NCBI RefSeq assembly: GCF_001194135.2
Contig: NC_068997.1
Location: 29,317,709 to 29,358,397, forward strand
DNA: 40,689 nt
Direction: 5' to 3'
From: Octopus bimaculoides
Taxonomy: Eukaryota
In this document: one piece after another, positions 35,027 to 40,689 of the stretch
How the letters are laid out: each line of letters begins with the position of its first letter
Position numbering within the stretch: position 1 is the first letter of the stretch
Notes under the pieces: model-generated
What the model was told of the DNA's origin: nothing
The model's database searches: none
The model's input: the letters and a program-made list of their open reading frames with translations, nothing else
Program-made: the position numbers and the translations under genes

Positions 35027-36018
35027 CTGCTGCTGCTGCAACAACAACAGCAGCAGCAGCAGCAGCAGCAGCAGTTTCAAATTTTGGTACAAGGCCAGAC
35101 CAATAATAATAATGGGATTAGCTGAATAACAACATTCTATTTCAAGAAAATAGCCATTGCCATTTATAACATATCAGCTGGACGACATAGACATGTCCAA
35201 TAAATATTACTTTGCCATCAGTCAGTTCAGACTGTAATTAGAAAAATAATGAAGCTTTAATGTTTTCTAATTCAACAAGATTTACTTCAGACATAAATGA
35301 GAGATTTTGATTTTTTATTTGCTACATTTCTGTAATCAAGTGTTTCAAATCCTTTCTTTAAAACAGCAATTTTCTAAATTAAGAGTCAGACAAAACCAAA
35401 TTCTACATTTAACAATGCTGTACCCACTCCCTCCCCCAACTCAAGACTTAAATTTTAGAGAAAGTCCACAACATATGGAACACTTTTAAAGGCTTTTCCT
35501 CGCTCCATTTGACAAAATTCTGTATGTTCACTTTTCTTTCCCTCTAAATACTTGTAACAACATCACGAAAAGGCTACGGGAAATCCAAGTTTAATAAAGT
35601 TTCAAGAAATTGAAAGCTTTTTAAAAAACATAAAAATGGAGAAGACATTTCAATCGCAAATTTTGTAATTTAATAACTCTCCAACAAAAAAAAAAAAAAA
35701 TGCTGAGTTCCTTATTTTTGTCCCTAAAATTTTCCAAAAGTATCATTGGAGCACCATTTTCTGAATCCATTATATTTTTAGCATCCATCTTACGAGAGGA
35801 TTTCAACTCAACATTAAACAAACAAAACGTAAATTACACAGTGACTGATGACGGTTAGGTGGAATAGGGCAGAGAAATTGAAGAACTTTGTCTGGGGCAG
35901 AGAATAACTGAAAGGATCCGACTGAACCTTTTAATCAAGAGTTGGTATGTTGTTATAAAGCAATCAACAACAGTCTTTTTACAGCTAGACTACATTTTAA
36001 ACAGCAAACTATTATCAA

Positions 36019-36239
36019 CCCTTTTGTAACTGCATTTTTGCTGAAATATCTGCCTCTTTATTTCAATTAATCTCAAAAATAATGAAGAATATAGTAAAAT
36101 TTTAATCATTACCAAGCTGATTTTTAGGACATGAATCAGCACAAAATTTTAATGAGAAATTTTCAGACCACTTTAAAAAGGAAGTTTATATCATAGAACC
36201 AGGTTTCTGGTCATTTCTGGTGGGTTCGTAACAAAAGGG
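36019..36239 (-). mobile_element. piggyBac-like MITE, older copy in the opposite orientation
   Basis: CCCTTTTG...CAAAAGGG termini, 221 bp like 29805-30025, flanks are decayed TTAA (tcaa / ttgg). Confidence 0.65.
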
Positions 36240-36320
36240 TTGGATAAGCAGAAAATGTAAATGCTGGAATAATTATTCAAATAACTGAAAAATTATATGA
36301 AAACATAAATGAATAATAAC

Positions 36321-36441
36321 CTTTGGTAATGGATACCTCAACCTGTTGGCATCAACATTTTCTGCAAGAGGCACAGAAATACGGTTGGGAAGAACCATTA
36401 TTGAAAATATTTGGTCTTGTACGATACTACGCAACATTTCA
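36321..36441 (-). CDS. ESYT2: E-Syt exon, end of SMP domain (EMLRSIVQDQIFSIMVLPNRISVPLAENVDANRLRYPLPK)
   Basis: Acceptor gtcttttcag, donor AAG|gttatt; 121 nt; conserved VLPNR and LR.P.PK motifs; lies within track ORF 36273..36461. Confidence 0.95.
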
Positions 36442-36887
36442 CTGAAAAGACAATAAATCAAACAAGTTAAAGTCTACCAAAATACTTTCAAGCTTTCACA
36501 CATTCTTCACATTCGGTGCCCATGTCTTGGTACTTTATAATATCTCACTTCTTACACAAGAATAAATACTAATTATCATTTAATTAGTTCCCAATGATTA
36601 CATATTTTTTTCATCAAAAACTTATAAATATTACAAAGTTTGCCAGTATAAAAGAAGTTAACTTCAATTATTTTTTTTATAATTATCTATTCTATGCAGA
36701 TCTAATGAATCTGTTAAAAATATTTGATAATATTTCAGTAGATTTTGCCCAGAAATGTTTCTGTATGCTAAAGAAGAAATAATTAAAAAAAACAAACGCA
36801 GAACTATTTCAGTGTAAAAGTATCTAACAAAAACCTTTTAAAGACTATTTTAAAATGAATATGAAATATTAAGCATTTCTATATTAC

Positions 36888-36943
36888 CTGAAACCAGGGA
36901 CATCGAAAGCATTAGCCAAACTTGTCAGGTTGAAGTCAATAGA
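36888..36943 (-). CDS. ESYT2: E-Syt exon, SMP domain (SIDFNLTSLANAFDVPGF-S)
   Basis: Acceptor ctattttcag, donor AG|gtaata; 56 nt, phase 0 to 2. Confidence 0.93.
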
Positions 36944-37656
36944 CTGAAAATAGGATTAGAAAATAAATTGTTTATTAATACAGAATAAATATGCAAATCA
37001 TCATTTTAGATCTTGCTGTACACAGTGCCCATAACAATTTTTTTATCAGTTGGCAGATGCCAGCACTGATCAGCAAACAGCTTTGTTTGCTGAAATTATA
37101 AACAAAGCCAGTGGCTTGTTTAGGCTCAGAGGTGCTTCTGGCTGACAAGACACAACATGACAAAACCCCAATGGCTCAGAATCCCTTGTGCCAATAAGGT
37201 GACTGTGTTATGAATGCACTGTTGCTGTAAAAAGGAGAAGTTGCTCTCCTGTGACGTTCACAACAACTAACAGACTGGGAGCCATGGTTGGAGACAATTG
37301 CTTTCTTCACATAATTTGGAATTCTAAGAATGTCGCCTATTATGGCATGCACCAGAAGAAGGCTGGAGGGTACAAGAGCCAAAACACTGAATACCACAGC
37401 TATAATGAGGACACTAATCTAAATATGTCAGTGTGGAATAATAATTCATCATCTCAAATTCAGACAAAATATATGTGCATGCCACAAAATTAAAATATAA
37501 CAACAATAAATTTGAAATTACTAGACTCCTGACCACTGAACAGGTGAATATTTTTTACTAAAGTGTCAATATATATCACAGACATGTTCTTGAATATAAG
37601 TAGCTAATTAGTTACATATGAGCATATGGTACACAAAGTTTTAAATCTCAGCTTAC

Positions 37657-37746
37657 CGGGTTGTTCAGAAAGTAGACATTTAATCCACCAAACAGAGGCA
37701 TGACATTCATGAGGGGCTTGAAGACAACTCGTAAGGTCCCTCGAAT
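37657..37746 (-). CDS. ESYT2: E-Syt exon, SMP domain (IRGTLRVVFKPLMNVMPLFGGLNVYFLNNP)
   Basis: Acceptor cttttcactag, donor CCG|gtaagc; 90 nt; matches the E-Syt GTLRV..EPL...PL.G motif. Confidence 0.95.
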
Positions 37747-37835
37747 CTAGTGAAAAGAAAAAAAGCAGCATTTTATGTAAAACAATAAATGTAACTCAAT
37801 GAAGACAAACAATGGATAGTAACGAGTTCTTGCTT

Positions 37836-37887
37836 CGGTTGTCAAGCGATGTTGGGGGGACAAACACAGACACAAACATATACACAC

Positions 37888-37948
<61 letters not shown>

Positions 37949-38117
37949 TATATATATGACGGGCTTCTTTCAGTTTCCGTCTACCAAATCCACTCACAAG
38001 GCTTTGGTCGGCCAGAGGCTATAGTAGAAGATACTTGCCCAAGGTGCCACGCAGTGGGAATGAACCCGGAACCATGTGGTTGGTAAGCAAGCTACTTACC
38101 ACACAGCCACTCCTGCG
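37836..38117 (-). mobile_element. SINE family B, 3'-truncated, with a (TA)n insert
   Basis: High similarity to 15880-16133. Confidence 0.88.
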
Positions 38118-38387
38118 TTTATTGAAATGTTTACAAACTTCCAAAATATCTTTTTTCTATATGACCTGTAAGCCATCTCGATTGTAGCCAGGTCTTCTGG
38201 TCCTCCACAAATGGATCTCTATTAATTCTGCACTTCTCAACAAAGACGTTTCTGTGAGTAACTCTTTTTGCTGACAAAGCCACTCCCTTGCTGCTCATTG
38301 CCTTTCCAAGGGAGCATGTGAATGCATGTGTGTGAGTGTGTATGAAAGATAAAGAGAACGAGAGAGAATTTGTGAAACTTTTAATAC

Positions 38388-38454
38388 CTGGAGGTCTTTA
38401 ATTCCAGCAGTGATACCTTTGATACTGACAGCAACATCTGCGTCACTGCTATAT
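38388..38454 (-). CDS. ESYT2: E-Syt exon, SMP domain (YSSDADVAVSIKGITAGIKDLQ)
   Basis: Acceptor ttgcttccag, donor CAG|gtatta; 67 nt; phase 2 to 0 fits both neighbours. Confidence 0.93.
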
Positions 38455-39104
38455 CTGGAAGCAAAAAAACAATGAAAAACAAAAGTCACAAAGATGTTGA
38501 TGCTGGAAAGTTTGTTGAATTATGCAGATGGATGATAGCCCTAAGCAATATCACAAAAACTATTATTTCAACGATACATGCACAAACATGAATGTGTAGT
38601 GAAGCAGTTTGCTTTGCAATCCCATGGCTCCAAATCCGATTTCACTGTACTTTGGCAATTAATTATTATCAACCTGCAAAGACCAGACTGCTCTTTCTCT
38701 AAGTCTGTTAATTAACTTGAGAAATCTTTTGCTTGGAATTACCTCCCCTTTGCACAAACAATTGCCACTAGGTTTTCTTTCACTTTTTTTTTTAGAGGGA
38801 TCATTGTCGTTCAATAAGTACCAGGCAGTGAAGGGTGATTCATTTGACTAAAACCCTTCAAGGCAGTGCCCCAGCATGGCCACAGTCTAATGACTGAATG
38901 AAGCTGCTTGATATGGTCAAGAGTTGCAACAGTTGTTGATTAGGGTGAAACCTTTTTCTGAATGAGTAAAGTTTGTTCATTCAGTATTTCTCGTCATAGT
39001 TACTGAACAACAGAAACTGGGGTTAGCAGCAGGTCTTCATCCCAAACACCATCCCATCACACTCTACACCTCAATGAAGGAAGCCTCTATATATAGCCAG
39101 TCTC

Positions 39105-39290
39105 AATATGGCCACTCAACTTGCTAGAAACAGCAACCAAATTTCACTCAAATCACATCCTATATTGACATAGACCACATTAAATAATGTAGTCCTACAT
39201 AAGACCTAAAAAGACTGGATGGTCACATATGGAATACCTGTGATCATACATCTACTTTACCTAGCCTGGGGCTAAATAAAAACAACACTT
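39105..39290 (+). mobile_element. Family F repeat
   Basis: gctagaaacagcaaccaaat...aatgtagtcct...cctggggctaaataaaaacaac. Confidence 0.6.
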
Positions 39291-39360
39291 GTACTCCAGA
39301 AGACCTTATTGTAGACATGTAATTTACGTTTTCAAACTGAACAGGCAAAAAAATACTTAC

Positions 39361-39437
39361 AGAATCTCAATATCCATGTAGATCTCGTCTCGCTTGACCC
39401 TTTCAGAATAGACTTTCACTCCACCAACTCTTGGAGG
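39361..39437 (-). CDS. ESYT2: Extended synaptotagmin exon, SMP domain (PPRVGGVKVYSERVKRDEIYMDIEI-L); first exon visible in the window
   Basis: Hand translation; acceptor ctcttttcag, donor CT|gtaagt; 77 nt, phase 0 to 2; matches the E-Syt SMP motif P.RV.GVKVY...DE.I.D. Paralogue identity (2 vs 3) is not resolvable. Confidence 0.93.
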
Positions 39438-39531
39438 CTGAAAAGAGAAACACAGAAAACTGAAGCAATAACAGAAACTCTAGGCTTCCTTCAAAGCGAT
39501 AAGAGGCCAACATTCTGAATAGATATTAATG

Positions 39532-39845
39532 GGGTGCAGGCACATGGCTTGTGGTTAGGGTATTCTGCTCATGATCATAAGGTCACAAGTTTAATTCCCA
39601 GTGGCACATTGTCCCCTTGAGCAAGACACTTTATTTCACGTTGCTTCAGTCCATTCAGCTGGTAAAAATGAGTTGTACCTGTAATACAAAGGGGACCAGC
39701 CTTGTCACAATATGTGTCATGCTGAATCTCCCTGAGAATTACATTAAGGGTGCATGTGTCTGTGGAGTGCTCAGCCACTTGCATGTGAATTTAACAAGCA
39801 GCTGCTCCATCAGTCAGATCAACTGGAACCCCCTTCATTGTATCT
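39532..39845 (+). mobile_element. tRNA-derived SINE family C with a CORE-like central segment
   Basis: Pol III-like head (tggcttgtggttaggg...aagtttaattccc) and ccttgagcaagacactttatttcacgttgcttcagtcca; a degraded relative lies at ~16765-16880. Confidence 0.7.
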
Positions 39846-40084
39846 GACCTAGTACCAGATATTACTGGGGTTAGAGAATGACCTTGACACATGTAATCAA
39901 GCTGGAAGGGAAAAAAATGATGAATCATTTCCAAATTAAATGCCTGAAACTTTTTCTCCGTTGAAAAATAATTTTTTTAATGAATTTTTATTTTCTTGCC
40001 AAAAGAAAAATATTCCAATTACAATATGAAAAACTGAAGTAAGCATACAGCAATATTTAAAACTGAATACTGACATGGGTTGAA

Positions 40085-40182
40085 CGGTTTGGCTGGGTGC
40101 AGCCTTCTGGCTTACCAGCCCCCCAGTCAAACTGTCCAACCCATGCTCGCATAGAAAGCGGATGTTAAACGATGATGATGAT
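40085..40182 (+). mobile_element. RTE-LINE 3' tail
   Basis: ggtgcagccttctggc...ccaacccatgc...gcggatgttaaacgatgatgatg. Confidence 0.75.
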
Positions 40183-40280
40183 TGTATGCAAGTCATCACT
40201 ATCACATAACATAAAATGCGATTAAATACTTTCAATGGAGTCATGCCAGACAAAATGTTTAGCAGCATTTCATTTGTCTC

Positions 40281-40415
40281 CACGTTCTGAGTTCAAATTC
40301 TGCCATGGTTGACTTTGCCTTCCATCGTTTGAGGGTTGATAAAATAAGTACCAGATGAGTATTGGGGTTGATGTAATCAACTTAGTCCCACTTCCAAAAT
40401 TTCTGCCCTTGTGGC
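40281..40415 (+). mobile_element. SINE family A fragment, interrupted at its 3' end
   Basis: gttctgagttcaaattc...gactttgccttccatc...gataaaataagtaccag. Confidence 0.75.
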
Positions 40416-40689
40416 TGTGGTGCGATGGAGGAAGAAGACAACAAGAAGCAAAAGGACAGAATGAAGCGTTGGACCTTACCTTGCTGACCGCAGCGGGGTA
40501 CACGATCGCTCCTAATCAGAACACGTCTTTCTCGTAACGTCGCTGTTTTCTCACTGGCCCCACGTGCTAGCCTTCGACTGCGTGTCACCGACTTCCGATC
40601 TGACCCTTCCGGTTTGGCCCTTCCGGTCTGGCTTCACCTCTGTTTGCCTCGCCCCTCTCCACCACAACACATAGCTCGTCACAGCCCAA
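40416..40689 (-). mobile_element. CpG-rich, LTR-like insertion (probably continues past the window edge)
   Basis: Abrupt compositional switch, about 19 CpG in 274 bp; ends in ...CACCACA on the minus strand at 40416; interrupts a SINE tail. No TSD, PBS or PPT was verified. Confidence 0.35.

Noticed and set aside
34748-35092. PolyL/polyQ ORF and (CTG)/(CAG) hairpin
   Set aside because: Trinucleotide microsatellite next to a degraded SINE; no coding evidence.
9470-40182. Antisense orientation bias of (GAT)n-tailed RTE copies within the gene
   Set aside because: 6 of 7 are antisense; one-sided binomial 8/128, about 0.06, which is not convincing.

Overview
AT-rich eukaryotic genomic DNA with four N gaps. 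The SINE, RTE-LINE and MITE repertoire points to an octopod cephalopod (inference, no search run). The window is dominated by one minus-strand gene, an extended synaptotagmin (E-Syt2/3-like ER-plasma membrane tether: SMP, C2A, C2B, C2C). I reconstructed 17 complete GT-AG exons by hand with consistent phases, from 39437 down to the stop at 9005-9007. One further exon runs into the N gap at 26347-26874. The N-terminal membrane hairpin and the start of the SMP domain lie beyond the right edge. About 3.8 kb with no recognisable transposon (5230-9004) probably contains a long 3' UTR. Introns hold tRNA-derived SINEs, RTE LINE fragments and tails, mariner, piggyBac-like and hAT-like MITEs, Helitron/Helentron ends and microsatellites. 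Most worth a second look: (1) a possible hydrophobic insert between C2A and C2B arising from an upstream splice acceptor; (2) exon-like phase-1 segments inside the ~13 kb intron; (3) a CpG-rich, LTR-like insertion carrying a sense splice donor; (4) a candidate ATG|GTGAGT first exon of a neighbouring gene; (5) several inverted-repeat dsRNA candidates. I found no convincing evidence of a wholly new multi-gene system.
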